Assembly: GCA_054600435.1 (NCBI GenBank)
Contig: BAAIJX010000054.1
Coordinates: 1 to 64,000 of the forward strand
Direction of reading: 5' to 3'
DNA: 64,000 nucleotides
Source: Neophaeotheca triangularis
Taxonomy: Eukaryota
Each line of letters starts with the position of its first letter. The first letter of the stretch is position 1. A program made the position numbers and the translations under genes. Below the pieces are notes generated by a model, which saw nothing but the letters and a program-made list of their open reading frames with translations, searched no databases and was not told the origin of the DNA. This document shows, one piece after another, positions 1 to 12,754 of this stretch.

Positions 1-1
<1 letters not shown>

Positions 2-77
<76 letters not shown>
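2..77. repeat. Poly-C homopolymer (76 nt) at the window edge, possibly an assembly or sequencing artefact
   Basis: Uninterrupted C run directly visible at positions 2-77. Confidence 0.9.
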
Positions 78-79
<2 letters not shown>

Positions 80-363
80 AAAGGCATAAGACCGGAATGG
101 CTTTGAGAGGGTTATCGTAAGATAATTGGTTTTAGATATTAAGAGCAAAGTGAAGTCGACGGATCCGACTATCGGTCTGTAGTGGCCACGCTTATTCTCT
201 GGTATGCTCGCTCTGTAGTACAATAGGCGTAGAAAATTTTGCAACAACACCCGTAGAGGCAGCGGTGACGAGCAACATAAGAACCAGAACCCTATTGAAC
301 ACACGAGAATCAGTATGATTGGATCAAGGCCCGAAATTCCATGCTTGTGCAGATTGCTGCGAA

Positions 364-701
364 TGCTTCAGAGTCTAATTAAATGCAATCATGGAATCTT
401 GAAGATCAGAGATCTAGCAAGTCAAGAATTGTACTGAATAGTCTTCATCACGAGCGTCTGTTGTTGAGTATGGTGTGACCGGCCAGGAAGTGACAGCTTA
501 CGAGTTGTGTCCCCTCAGATGTATCGTCGGCGTGCCCTATTGGACATAAATATTAGTATGGTAAGACCAAGGTGAAAGTCTCGGAGCTTGGCATCGTGTC
601 AGGTGGATTGCTTCAGAGTCTAATTAAATGCAATCATAGAGCGTTGAAGATCAGAGATCTAGCAAGTCAAGAATTGTACTGAATAGTCTTCATCACGAGC
701 G
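364..701. repeat. 93-bp direct repeat pair (364-456 and 609-701)
   Basis: TGCTTCAGAGTCTAATTAAATGCAATCAT...GTCTTCATCACGAGCG occurs twice, with differences confined to a short central patch. Confidence 0.9.
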
Positions 702-1024
702 AGTCCATATTCACAGACGTTGCAATCGGGCCGGACTGGAGATGCTTACAAATTGTCTTCCGGCAGATACGTGATCTCACTGCTCCTCGGTGCGAAGTTG
801 CTGTCATCGCTGATTGCATACTTACTGTGTGACTTTTGCGAGTGGTTGATGGCCTAAGGGTTTAGGTGTCGAAGTGCGAACTGGCCTGATGGCGTGAAGG
901 CGCCGGAAAGACGGATGCGCACTTGGAGTGGTCCGTCCTGAAGCTGTAAACCTACCGCGTAAGTAATCCGAGGACAAAAGTTGTATCGTCTGAACGTTTC
1001 GCGAATACTGTACACAAGTCTACC

Positions 1025-1766
1025 TTATTGCAGCGCCGCCGAATGCGCATAGATCTGCTTTGTGCGCTCGTGCACCGGGACCTCGCCCTTTGGTGCACCG
1101 GGTATCTCTTTCTTCAACTCCTATAAAATTGTTGTCAGCAAGTCGCCATGAAAAGCCGAAACTCCATCCAGCCGCGCTTGGGTAGCATTTGGGACGGGTG
1201 GGAAAGCGTACCAAGTTGTCAAACACGCATTTGTTAAGTGGTCGCTCCCACCTCCTGCATTGCCATAGCTGCTGGTTGTTGTTGTCCAGGCACTCCCAGT
1301 GTTTCCGGAACTCTGCGAGGCAAGATTTGTTGATGTCGTCCAGCCTGTAATCCACCGCCGTTAGTAAAAGTCATCCCCCGGAGTCCTCCTACTATCCTCA
1401 ATCGTGCTTTTATTCACGAAGCCGAAATCTTTTCTTCATAGGATGGGTGAAACATACACGCTCCCAGCACATCTCGTGACCTTTCTACCTTCCTTCAAGC
1501 ATTCCACCTCGCCCTTTCCGGCCGCCTCGGTCTTGCACAGCATGAAGTCATCGTTGTAGGCCTTGCAGCGAGCGCCAATGAAGAAGGAAGCCGAAAGCAA
1601 AGGTGCGGAAGAGGCGCCGATTTCCTCGACCTTGGGAATAGAATCGGGGAGGGGTGTGGTGTCGATGAGGACGTGTTGGTTGAACCTGTAGACGGGAAAA
1701 GAGTCAGTGAAGGAGCGAAAAATGCGTCAATGGCAGTGGCATATACCGGGGCTGTCTAGTCGACAT
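1025..1766 (-). CDS. NDUFA8: NADH:ubiquinone oxidoreductase 20.8 kDa subunit (NDUFA8 family), 4 exons
   Basis: Spliced translation reads MSTRQPRFNQHVLIDTTPLPDSIPKVEEIGASSAPLLSASFFIGARCKAYNDDFMLCK...CLKEGRKVTRC...DINKSCLAEFRKHWECLDNNNQQLWQCRRWERPLNKCVFD...EIPGAPKGEVPVHER. It has twin CX9C motifs and canonical GT-AG introns. Confidence 0.93.
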
Positions 1767-2032
1767 TGTGAAGGTATTGGCGAGGCACAATGGGTCTGGC
1801 GGACTGTGTGGTTGGTTGGAGCTTCACCTTGTGAAGTTGTGTACCTCGCCAATAGTGGAGGCAGCTGGGCGTCGGCTGAAGTCCGGCAGTATCCCGTCAG
1901 CAAGCGTGGCTGCGTTGCGACACAACACTGGACCTCTTTCAGAGCTAGCTAGCTCTTTAGGCGAAGTTCATCTTCACCACACCACCCTCTTTGCGCGTTT
2001 CTATACAGAACACTTTTCGTTCCAACGGCGCA

Positions 2033-3346
2033 ATGTCTCTATTCGGCGCGTCAAGTACCTTTGGAGGGGGCGGAGGTCCGTCGCAGAGTTCATTTGGACA
2101 GACGCAAAATAACAATACTCAAACGCCGCAAAGCCTCTTTTCTCTCAGCACACCGAACCAGACCTCGAATCAATCGACAAGCCTTTTTGGTGGTCAGTCC
2201 GCGAATCAGAATCAGAACTCGAACCAACCAACGAGCCATTTTGGTGGTCAGTCCACGAACCAGAATCAGAACCAAAATCAAACCCAAGGCTTCGGCAACC
2301 AGCCATCGAACCAGTCCACAGGCCTATTCGGCGGCCAGTCTACTACAACCCAGAACCAGAACCAAGCCTTTGGCGCACAGCAATCCACAAACCAACAGCA
2401 ACAAAGTCAACCCCAGCAACAACAGAATCTCCTTTCCTCCAACCTGGCCAGCGGTCTCGGCGCAAGCACAACCAACGGCGCCATAGCCGAATCCCAACTA
2501 CGCGAACTGGCTGCCCAACGCCTCCGCGAACATGGCCTACGGCACGAACCTCGCGAGAAGACAATTCCCGAACAGCTCGAGTCTCTGGTACGCAAATGGG
2601 ATCCCAACTCCCAAGACACGCTACTGCAACAATACCTGTACAACAGCGTCCTCCCCGCCTATGCACCCTTTCACTACCCCAAAGATGATGAGTCGCACGC
2701 GGCGTGGGAGGAAGCACTGGCGAACAAACCATCGACGAAGAGTGCAGAGGGCGAGGACCTCGGATGTGCGTGGGTGCCTGTGCTGTGTCGTGGATTCAAG
2801 TCTTTGGGAGAGCGCGTGGAGTTGCAAACACATGCCGTGAATTCGATGCGAATGCGGATTCACGAGATCAACAACAGCTTGACGGCAGTGATGGAGAAGC
2901 ATAGGCAGGACTTTACTGTTGTATTGGAGGGGGCGAGGAGGCAACATACAAACCTTGCAGAGCGGACTCTGAGACTGGCTGTCAAGGTTCAGGTTCTGAG
3001 AAACAGAGGTTATGCTCTTACTTCTGGGGAGGAAGTTTTGAGGAAGCAATTGCTGGAATTGCAAGGCAGGGTCCTGGATCCGGGATTTGCCGCCAGGGAG
3101 GAAGAAATTTGGGCTCGGATGGTGGCGCTGAGGGAAAGGGCGAGGTGGTTGGAGGAGGAGGGGAAGAGAGTTGGCGACAAGGTTGCTGAGCAAGGGCAGG
3201 ACGTGAAAGGACTGCCAGAGTATGTTGTTGCAAAGACGAAGAAAATCTTGAGGGATTACGACGAGCAGATCGCACATCTGGCAAAGGAGCTGGAGGCTGT
3301 CAAGAAGGAGCACCTAGAATGGCAGGAGTCTAGGAGGCAGTTTTGA
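2033..3346 (+). CDS. NUP57: Central-channel FG nucleoporin Nup57/Nup54
   Basis: N-terminal SLFG/GLFG repeats in Q/N-rich sequence. These are followed by a Nup54-like domain (KWDPNS...YLYNSV...WEEAL...WVPVLCRGF) and coiled coils (VQVLRNRGYALTSGEE). Confidence 0.88.
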   Translation: MSLFGASSTFGGGGGPSQSSFGQTQNNNTQTPQSLFSLSTPNQTSNQSTSLFGGQSANQNQNSNQPTSHFGGQSTNQNQNQNQTQGFGNQPSNQSTGLFGGQSTTTQNQNQAFGAQQSTNQQQQSQPQQQQNLLSSNLASGLGASTTNGAIAESQLRELAAQRLREHGLRHEPREKTIPEQLESLVRKWDPNSQDTLLQQYLYNSVLPAYAPFHYPKDDESHAAWEEALANKPSTKSAEGEDLGCAWVPVLCRGFKSLGERVELQTHAVNSMRMRIHEINNSLTAVMEKHRQDFTVVLEGARRQHTNLAERTLRLAVKVQVLRNRGYALTSGEEVLRKQLLELQGRVLDPGFAAREEEIWARMVALRERARWLEEEGKRVGDKVAEQGQDVKGLPEYVVAKTKKILRDYDEQIAHLAKELEAVKKEHLEWQESRRQF

Positions 3347-3937
3347 TTTGCATAGGATGGCGTTTTCAGCTTGTGCAATAAGCGAGGCGTTCCGATGGTG
3401 GTTTTAGGTCTTTTGGGCGAAATGCAAAAGCAGGTATCTCGGTTTGCCAGATACCTAGTACTTGGTATCTACCTAGGTAGTGTATGTGTCTTGGCGAAAT
3501 CGGGTCGCTAGAGCGGGTGAGCGAGCGAAAGCACTCGTGGGACATTGAAAAATGTTGTGCTGTAAACTACGCATCGCGTCCCCTATTTTGCTAGTATTGT
3601 GCCTGCGTGTACGATGTACAATTTATTTAGCGATGCTACAGCGGTTCTACATCTCCCCTGAAGAGCGAGTGGAATGATACCGGCAACGCCCGAAGTCGAG
3701 AGAGCGGCCGGGATTGCCCATTACCCAATGGCCGACCGTGATCAGGCTTGGCAGCGCTGGTCCGCTGGAGCTCGAAGTCTGTTTCGGCACCTCACGCCTA
3801 ACATCACCACCTCTCATAAACCACCACCTCTCCAAACCCACAACACCCAATACATGCGCCGCTAGTCCCGACCCCGCCACTCTTTCGACAAAACCACAAA
3901 TCTCCACTCCATCCTCCCGTTGGGACTCGACACCGCC

Positions 3938-4776
3938 ATGATGCTCCGCCAACCCTGTGCTCTCCTCCGCGCCCTCCCTACCTCCACCAGCACCATCACA
4001 CGAGCTGCCGCACCTCGCGTCGCTCCCGCTGTTTGCCAGCAGAGCAGACAGGCTCACGCTATCTCCAACCCGACTCTTGCCAACATCGAGAAGCGATGGG
4101 AGGCCATGCCGCCGCAGGAGCAGGCTGATCTGTGGATGGCGCTGAGGGACCGTATGAAGGTTGACTGGAACGAGCTCACTCAGCAAGAGAAGAAGGCTGG
4201 TATGTACTGAATCTTGTGTGCTTGTTATATGGCTTGGGAAGGGGTACGGAGGGGTAGCACGGAGAATGAAGGTCTTGTGGAGAGTGGATTGGGAAGGGAG
4301 AAGAGCTGCGTCTGCGGGAAATTGGCCTGGAAAGAATGACGCCTTGCTAACCAGTCGCCCTGCTTTACAGCTTACTTTATTGCCTTTGGCGCTCACGGCC
4401 CACGTGCCCTGCCACCTCCCGGCGAGAACTCCAAGATCTTCTGGTACACCATGGGCCTCATTGGCGTTTCGGGGGCCTTGTTCGCTGCCATCCGCTTCGG
4501 CGCTCGCGCCCCACCGCCAACAATGACCAAGGAGTACCAGGAAGCCAGCAACGAGTATCTCAAGGTAAGTCTATGTCGAAACGCAGGAGCGGAGCCGACG
4601 GGAATGCGATGTTTTCCGCCGGCCTTCACGGATGCACTTCGCATACCTCTGCAATCAAAATCTCTCTTACTCACACACTATTTCAACAGGAACAAAAAGT
4701 CGAGCCCATCACCGGTATCTCGAGCGAAGGCTACAGCGGCGTGGGCATGGTTCAGAGCAAGAAGGCCGAGAAATAG
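3938..4776 (+). CDS. COX5: Cytochrome c oxidase subunit V (COX4 family), 3 exons
   Basis: Presequence, then ISNPTLANIEKRWEAMPPQEQADLWMALRDRMKVDWNELTQQEKKAAYFIAFGAHGPR, a TM helix, TMTKEYQEASNEYLK and EPITGISSEGYSG. Introns at about 4200-4370 and 4565-4689. Confidence 0.93.
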
Positions 4777-6761
4777 ACTTCTTTCACCAGCGGTACCGGA
4801 AGCGCTCGCGCGTGAGAACGGGGGCCACAAAAGAACTATACCATGTGTGTTTCTCTCGACAACTACTACTGCTATTGCGATACCGGATGTGAGGTAGAAT
4901 CTTGGTGCTGGGAGGCGAGGCGTGGGGGACCTTGTACCGTATGCGGATTGCCTCTGCTTGTGGGTTTTGTGCTGCCGCTGTATAAATGCTCTTGGCAGGT
5001 TGAAACTAGGGTCACGTCTTCAAGGGGTCTTTTACATAGTGTTTTGGTGAGTATTGCTGGTAGGTGCTTGCCATTGATTCCTTACCAGTCGGACAATTCG
5101 AGAGGTTTGTTGTCTACCTGCCTCCTCGGGTCGCTTTTCTCTCTTTCGTTCGCGTATCACTCAATATCAACGACTCCCAGTCGATACTCCTTTCCTAAAG
5201 CCCATCTTTCCAGGGGCTAATCGCAGGCCGCCGGGGCTCGAGATGAATGCTTAGTAGATATTGTCATTGAATAGACGAGTCAGATATCGCTTTGCTACAA
5301 AGGGTACGCTTCGAATCACAGGGGACAGGATCGCAAAGAGCCCCTGCATTCGCTTTGGAATCGACAAGCGCATACTGCTCGTATCATTGTCTAGTTTTCT
5401 GTCGCGAAGTCATACTAATCCCAAAGCGACAGTACGGCGTCGGTGTATCGACCGAAGGAAATTGATGACGAGCGTCAGGCATCGTTCGGTAGTTGCTCAA
5501 TTGCTGGCTTGGGCCGGGAAGATCGAAAGCAGTCTCCAAATTTTGCTTAGGCGAAGGCAAGCCGAGACTTCCTCGAGGAGGTGAAGGCTGGCATATGCTC
5601 CATGGTGCGCATCGACGTGGCACTGAGAGATGGTCAGGATACGACTATAATAGGCGTGGAGTAACAATCGACAAAGCCTAAAGGAGGCGTTCACAGCCAT
5701 GCAAATTCAAGTCAAACAGCTAAGGGGATGAGTTGGTGTCGTGTTGACATTTGGTCAAGGGTCTTGAATATGGAAACAGAGTGGAGACTATGCTGCATGC
5801 GAGCGGGTCGTCTTCTAAACACCCAAATCGAATTTTAGTTCTGGATGACCGGCCGGTGACCTTGAGGCTTGCACACAAAGCGCCAGCATCGTATAATCGA
5901 GTCCATACCGGATTGGATCGGGAATGAGAAGCTACAGCAATTTCGTTTGGAAGGTGATCTGACCGCAAGCGCAGAATGAACCTCGATACGTCCGTTCATG
6001 GCCATGGTTGAGGTCGATGGTAATAATACCTCCTAATATTCACTCAGTAGTAGTAGTGTGTCTTCTGGCTGGCGCGAAATTCTTGCAGCCAATGACAGGG
6101 GACGTGAAGTCAGGCACGTGGTCAGGAGAATTCTAGCGACACGGCTTATACCGTCACGACGTTAATTGGCCACCTCTCTTGTGCGGCTTGCGGACGGCTG
6201 GGATTTTGGCTCCAATTCACCTGAGCCGCGCTAGTGAGCGCTCCTTCTTCAATTGATGAAAAGCTACACAACCATCACTGCAAAACAGGAAAGAATAGTC
6301 GACACATCTCATCATCAAATTCAAGATCCAACAGCCCTAGATATGCTTCAAATAAATATGAGGTTGTCAAAAATTGAAATGCCCCGGTTTGATTCGAAGT
6401 GTCCTCTAGGCTACGGCACGTTGAGCCCTAACAAAGCTCTTCCGAAGTCGCAAACGAGCGGGTCATAAGGCTGAAGATGGCTACCTTCGCGGCAATCGTT
6501 CCGCCATATCCTTTGTTATACAGGTCCAACGGCCGGACGAGTCACGACAGCACCCGCAGCATGGGACGAATAGGGCCAGGAGTCGCTCTTACCGTCGTAG
6601 CCCCGAAGCAATATGGATGCCGGTGTTAGTCAAAAGAAATTTTATCAGTCTCGAAACATTTCATTGCTCTACTTCCCACGAATGTCCAGGATTTCCAAGT
6701 CCCGCACCACAAAAACCGGCAACCGCGTATACGATAGTATTGTACAATAGTATAAACCACA

Positions 6762-8313
6762 ATGGCTCCCTTACAATGGCTCTCTCGGGCTTCCAAAGAG
6801 CTGGGCCTTTCGACTGTCCTAGCAGCGAAGAGAGACGTACACATAGTTCTCTTGACCCGCATGCTGCGAATGATGGCCTATGGTGCTTCGACCCTGGTGC
6901 TAGCCCTCTTCTTCTCAGCTCTAGGCAACAGCGAGGAGAGAATAGGACTCTTCATGTCGTTGACATTGGTCGGCGATGTGATGATCAGTCTCTTGCTGAC
7001 GCTGGTAGCGGACTCACTTGGAAGGCGGAAAGTCATTTTCGGCGGGGCTATGTTGATGGCCTTCTCGGGTACTGTATTCGCAGTGACGTCGAACTATTGG
7101 ATTCAGCTGCTTGCGGCAATCGTTGGAGTTATCTCGCCTTCTGGCAATGAGATTGGACCGGTGAGTACACGATCGATATACCCGCGGACCATTGGCTGAG
7201 CAGTTGCAGTTTCGCGCCGTCGAAGAGTCGACCCTGGCAAAGCTCTCTCAGCCGGAAACGCGGTCAGACATATTCGCCTGGTACGTCGTTGTAGGTGCTT
7301 TTGCCACCGCTGTTGGCAACATAGCATGCGGCTGGGCAACGCAAACTTTGCAACAGGCCGGGTGGTCGGACATATCTTCGTACCGTTTCGTCTTCATCGC
7401 CTACGCTGTTATCGGGTTGCTAAAGGCAACTGCTACTCTGCTACTCAGCAAGGAATGTGAGGTCGAAGAAGCCCCGTCAAAGAATAGCAACGGTGCCGAA
7501 GAAAGCGATCCCCTACTGCAGGATCAGTCTACAGGATCCCAAACCCCGGCAGCTCAGCCGAAGGGTGCGGAGAAGACGAAGGCAAAGCCAAAGGTGTCGC
7601 AACTTTCAGCCTCCGCTCGCAGCATTCTCTACAAATTCTGCTGCCTTGCCTGTCTCGACAGCTTTGCTAGTGGCATGGCACCAATCTCCCTCCTAGCACT
7701 ATTCATGGACAACAAATTCGGCATGCCAGAAGGAGAGTTGGGAAGCATTTTGGGAAGTTCCCAACTGGTAGCGGGGATTAGCAACATTTTCGCCTCATCA
7801 CTAGCCCGGCGTATCGGCTACATAAAGACCATGGCCTTCACCCACTTGCCGTCCGCAATCTTCCTCGGCTTAATACCAATTCCAACGTCTCTGACTCTTA
7901 CAGTAATGCTCATCGTAGGACGCTGGGGTTTGGCAACGATGGATCAAGGACCAAGGTCAGCTTTCTTGTCAGCTGCCGTGCGACCGGAGGAGCGTACAGC
8001 AGTGTTGGGCATAACCGGTATTGTCCGGACGGCCAGTCAGAGTCTGGGTCCCTTCACCACAGGTATCCTGGCTGGTGGCGGGCATTTCTGGGTTGCGTTT
8101 GTGACAGCAGGAAGCATGAAAGCGGCCTATGACATTGGCTTGCTGTCGATGTTTGCCAGTATGCGGATGGAGGGAGACAAGTCGGACCAGGCGCAATCGG
8201 AAACCGAGAACGACCCTGAGCAGGGCGAGCGATCTGAGCAGGATGGTGGAGGTGACGCGGGCGAAAGCACGGAGCAAGGCGATCGTACTACGCAGGCAAC
8301 GCGCTCGACGTGA
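6762..8313 (+). CDS. MFS transporter, 2 exons
   Basis: Multiple hydrophobic helices, motif A-like ADSLGRRK, and GVISPSGNEIGP|FRAVEES joined across the ~7161-7210 intron. Also MAFTHLPS. Confidence 0.88.
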
Positions 8314-9040
8314 ACTTGAGCAGTGTTGAGTTCGTGGGCTTAGTCGATATGGGCTAAATGGGAAGGTTAACTGCCAAACCTAACATTGTATCGTGAACAC
8401 GTCCCTGTCCGAGCACTGAACCGGATGAAATGCAGCCACCAGAGAAAAGCTCTCTAGACCGTGTCTATCAAGATTCTAGAAGAGTAGCCCTGTAGCGGCA
8501 AAGCTTCCAATCCTCAAGCTTTTCGTCTGCCGCAAATTTGGTCTTTTCAATCAGCTGCGGAAAGTACTGATCACGTGGTAAGGTGTGATATCGACGCTGG
8601 TAGAAGAGAGCTCTATGATAGGCTTTATCCCATCTGAACGTGCCTATATGCTCATACTCGCGTTTAGCGTTGCTGGTAGGCGAGAACGGTGAGTTACTAG
8701 CAGGAGTGCTCTTGCAAGTAAGATGTGCAGTTATGAAGAAGACATTCGTGTTTGCATATGCGCTCCGGTTCGCGCCTTGAAATTCATGCTCTGAGCAGGT
8801 ACTGACACCGGGCATCAGCCTCGCTCGCCTTTGAAAACGATTTAGGTACTGCTCTAAAAGCTGCTCGCAAGAGTAAGCTGTATGCTCATCGCATCATGAT
8901 TGCAGTATCGGTGTTCCAACGCCGTCTTGGGAATTAAATAGTTAGCAAGCCCGGCGCATGAGTATCGAGTGCTGCCTCAAGAGTTTCCAAAAGCGGACCA
9001 TAGATCATTGGCGGCTCATCGCTGGAAAATGCCGCTGATC

Positions 9041-10293
9041 CTACGATTTCTCCTCCCGATGAGGCATCAGCTCCACCAAAGTCAGCTCACTGCTCCCACC
9101 GCCCCTGTTGCAAAGTTGTTCATCATCTCCAGCTCCGCCACCTTGCCTCCTAGAATCCGAGTCCGTCAAACCGGACGATACATCGCAAGCACGCAGCCTC
9201 GGCCGCCCGCGCTGATGGCACTCGGAATCTTTGACCTCCTCAAGCCGCTCGGCGGGGGGTTTGGAAATACCCAGACCAAGGTTAACCATTTTCGACTTCG
9301 ACTTCGAAGTTTTCCGCCGATGGAATAGTGCCTTCAAAGCCGGCGCCGAAGCACCAAGAATCCCGAGGTTAATCTCGATGAATGACCAAAGGTTGATTGG
9401 CGCCGCGTCGCGCATGATCTCTTCAGATCTCGACGAGGTGTAGATGTGGACTGAATATACTCTCACACAGCTGGCAACGGTTGAGATGCCGGCAGCCAGG
9501 AATGCAGCCAAGAGGAGGAAACGCTGACGTCTTGTTTGTTGAATCTTCCAGACCGTAGGAATAGGCAGCGCGATAATGATGATATCGGAGACAATGGTGA
9601 AGGCGTTGGTCGAGTAGAAGAAGGCTGAGATGTTGATGCAGTGCCCAGGGATAGTTGGGTTCCAGTAACGCTGTGCCGGGATGCATTGAACGCCAGTGAC
9701 GACAATGGTTGAGAGGAATTGAAGGGTGATGAGTGCAATGGTGCAGAGTGTCAAAGGGCGAAGTGCGCCTGCTGTCCTCTTGGCTGGTTGAATCGTCAGC
9801 AAAGAACACTTGAAACTTGATTGCTATTCGACTTACCCAAACGGAGATACAGAAAAAGCACAGATAGCTTGATGAAGTACATTGTCGGCCAGTAGAATAT
9901 CTCGACGAGGAAGACCATCTTGATACATTGTTAGCTTGCCCATCTTCGGCCACAGTGTTTGTGACATACCTTAATCGCCTCGGTTTGCCAGCCAAGGGGT
10001 GTATTCTTCTCAAGTAGACCAACGCCCCAGCGCACCGAAAGATACGACGCGACCGTGAAACCAATAGAGAACAACCAGGCGGTCAGTATGATAAGGTCGT
10101 CGAGCCCAGCAGTCCGCCTCTTCTTTAGCACCGTGAGTGTTCGCAGGGACATCGTGACCGCCCCAATCAGTGTGAATACTACACCAACCACGATGAGGCC
10201 GAGACGGTTGAGCGTCATCATGTCTTCACTCTGATTGATCGGCTCGTACTTGAAGGGCCTTTCGTCGCTGGCCTGGTTCCAGAGGGGCGCCAT
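9041..10293 (-). CDS. PTH11-like integral membrane protein (fungal rhodopsin domain, no CFEM), spliced
   Basis: Family-typical motifs GLDDLIILTAW, QCIPAQRYWNPTIPGHC, SDIIIIALPIPTVWKIQ and WSFIEINLGILGASAPALK. About 7 TM segments. Confidence 0.85.
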
Positions 10294-10985
10294 TCTTGCT
10301 GTAAAGGAGGTTTGGGAGAGAAGAGTGACGTGTTGCAAGAGAAACATGATACAAGAAAGCGGACAGCGACGTGACCTGTAACTTGACCCTATCATCACTT
10401 GACAGGTGACAACTCCAGGCAGAAGCATATGGAGCGCCAAGTGAGGTCTAGCACATGACAGTAGCACGGCGATAAATGGGAGAATCCTTGCAGCTTGACA
10501 TCTGATATGGCTATGCCGCTTGCTTCATTGCGCACTTACTAGGCCAGCTTCTCCGCGAGATCGAATGGTCCGCAGCCGGATTCAATTAATCCACCAGGGG
10601 CTGCAACCCTCCCCTTTCTGCCACCACTCTGAGTAGAGGCGACATGGCTACTGAGTCTCTCGGTCCCAACCAAATGCCACAATCCAACCCAAAAACGATA
10701 TTTGTAAACAAGGTAGCTCGTTTATACAAACTATACCGCCCCGGATTCTTCGTCATCGACAGACGCTTGAAGAGTAGCTCGTCGGTTCGGCACTTGAAGT
10801 AGGGCAGTAGGGACCGTTAAGCCATGCATGCGAGAATGGCTGGCTCGTGGCTTGCTATGCTCACGGTAGGTAACAGTGAACATAAAGCGGAGATGCGCAA
10901 TGGAAAGCGAGTCCAGCACTGGGTTCGAGAGGTACATATTCCAGGGGCGCAGCTGTTGGAAAAAGGACTCGTGTCAAGCCTCAAT

Positions 10986-11348
10986 TCACCAATCATCGTT
11001 GTGCGTAGTATCCCTTCTAACTCTGATCGGGCCCTCGAGCTCCTCAGGCAGTATATCGTCGGGAATGCGCTTGCCGTTTTTATACAGAATGACGGCATCC
11101 CCAATTTCTTTCTTCTCCCAGGCCAGAGCGAGGATTCCAGGAAGCGCTTCACGCCAGTGTTTGTAGCCCATCGCTTGAAGATCTGTATCACGGAGTTCTA
11201 TGGCGATGTCTGAGAGCTTGAAGGTGTTTGGTGGCTCGACATAATCGAGGAATTCGAGGAACTTTTGCTGGATTGATGGGTGGTGTGCGGCGTCGACCGG
11301 TCTCAACGGTTCCTTTTGGTGATTCGAAAAAGGCCACCAAGACGTCAT
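10986..11348 (-). CDS. Small DUF3253-like protein
   Basis: PPNTFKLSDIA...WREALPGILALAW...G...ILYKNG...EGPIRVRR resembles the DUF3253 pattern (TxCPSExAR...WRxLM...QKG...GPIRLR). Recognised by eye. Confidence 0.6.
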   Translation of the reverse strand: MTSWWPFSNHQKEPLRPVDAAHHPSIQQKFLEFLDYVEPPNTFKLSDIAIELRDTDLQAMGYKHWREALPGILALAWEKKEIGDAVILYKNGKRIPDDILPEELEGPIRVRRDTTHNDDW

Positions 11349-11554
11349 TTTGAACTGTCGACAGTCGAGACTTGGGATGCTGTGTGGTAGGTACTATGGT
11401 TGGTGCGAAGAGGTGGTGATGTCCGGGGAGCACTGTCGAGGTCGTCTTTAGTGAGGGGCGAAGCTGATTAGTCAGCATTTCAAGATTCTCGGTCCTCTCT
11501 CTGCAAGTTACAACGCTGGAGCACTACCTTACACTTACCACCACGACCCGGGAA

Positions 11555-12754
11555 ATGCGGTTGGCACGTCTACCATGGAGGAGAGCTCCATTTCGGTCGC
11601 CTTTGGACGCAACACGCCTTTCCAAAGGTTCTCGTATCAGAAGTTTCTCGGCAATCCCTGCGCTGAGGCAGGCTGGACCGCCCAGGGGCATACCGGGGCA
11701 TGAAGAGCAAGGCCACACTGGAGGAGGACCGCGCCTCCCGGAATCCATCTTTGGGAGACTAGCTTTGGGTCTGGTAGGAGTCGTCGGTGTCTGGGTAGGC
11801 CTGGGCAGTATAGGATACGGAGGGGAGGGCTACGAGAAGCTACGCCAGAAATTCTGGCCTCGTGCCAGCCCAGATGGCTTCTACAGGTATACCTTGGTTG
11901 GCAAGGAAAACGTCTCGAGTACCAGCGCGATCCTCACTTTGAAAGGTCGCGGCATTGATACAAGTGCTCCGGAGCTTGAGCGTGCTGTCGTAAGCGTGCT
12001 TTTCAAGCAGCCGCAATTGCAGATCGCGCGAGCCTATACCCTTCTACCGTCCACCGAGGAGTCTCAAGCGAACGGCGAGCTGCGCTTCTTGGTCCGGAAA
12101 GAGCAGAATGGCGAGATGTCTGGCTACTTACATCGGCTACCCCTGAACGCTGAGGTGGAGATCCGAGGACCCAGCGTAGACTATGTGCTGCCCGAGTCTG
12201 TGAGCGAATTACTATTTCTGGCCGGTGGCACAGGCATTGTACCCGCGATGCAGGTCCTAAAGGCCGTCGATTCTGATACACCTGTGCATATATCGTGGGC
12301 CAATCGAAGAAGAGAAGAATGTATTGGAGGCAACAGCGACAGTTCGGAATTCTCTTTCAGCAGCCTACTACAATATATCGGAGTGTCTACAACAAGCAGC
12401 GACGCTGCACCGCCAGTCGATGGCAATGCAAGTGCTTTGATCCAGCAGCTCGACAATATGAAACGCCCGAGGAACGCAGGGTCGTCCGACAAACGCAAAA
12501 CTACGATCGATTACTTTGTTGACGAGGAAGGCAGCTTGATTTCTTCGAAAACCGTTCAAAAGGTCATCAAAGATAGCGATCGCAACATCGACACTCATTC
12601 GGGTTCAAAGTTGATCTTCGTATGCGGACCAGAAGGCTTCGTGAACCACTGGGCCGGACCCAAGCAATGGGTTGATGGACGCGAGGTTCAAGGCCCGCTC
12701 AGGGGCGTACTCTCAACCCTCGATACTAAAGGATGGAGTGTGTTCAAGCTGTAA
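11555..12754 (+). CDS. CYC2: Mitochondrial FAD-dependent oxidoreductase, cytochrome b5 reductase-like (Cyc2)
   Basis: Presequence and TM segment, KQPQLQIARAYT (RxYT), GEMSGYLH, AGGTGIVP, VCGPEGF and a WAGPK...QGPLRG C-terminus. Confidence 0.8.
   Translation: MRLARLPWRRAPFRSPLDATRLSKGSRIRSFSAIPALRQAGPPRGIPGHEEQGHTGGGPRLPESIFGRLALGLVGVVGVWVGLGSIGYGGEGYEKLRQKFWPRASPDGFYRYTLVGKENVSSTSAILTLKGRGIDTSAPELERAVVSVLFKQPQLQIARAYTLLPSTEESQANGELRFLVRKEQNGEMSGYLHRLPLNAEVEIRGPSVDYVLPESVSELLFLAGGTGIVPAMQVLKAVDSDTPVHISWANRRREECIGGNSDSSEFSFSSLLQYIGVSTTSSDAAPPVDGNASALIQQLDNMKRPRNAGSSDKRKTTIDYFVDEEGSLISSKTVQKVIKDSDRNIDTHSGSKLIFVCGPEGFVNHWAGPKQWVDGREVQGPLRGVLSTLDTKGWSVFKL

Noticed and set aside
2..77. Poly-C tract as a telomere or functional element
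   Set aside because: There are no CCCTAA repeats. A pure homopolymer at the window edge is most simply an artefact or a low-complexity tract.
2621..4396. Long antisense ORFs (2621-3313 and 3647-4396)
   Set aside because: They are shadows of NUP57 and COX5 on the opposite strand.
8468..8815. 115-aa minus-strand ORF
   Set aside because: It looks protein-like but has no recognisable motif or clear gene structure. It may be a remnant.
1025..12754. Cluster of mitochondrial genes (NDUFA8, COX5, CYC2)
   Set aside because: They are interspersed with unrelated genes and there is no evidence beyond chance proximity.
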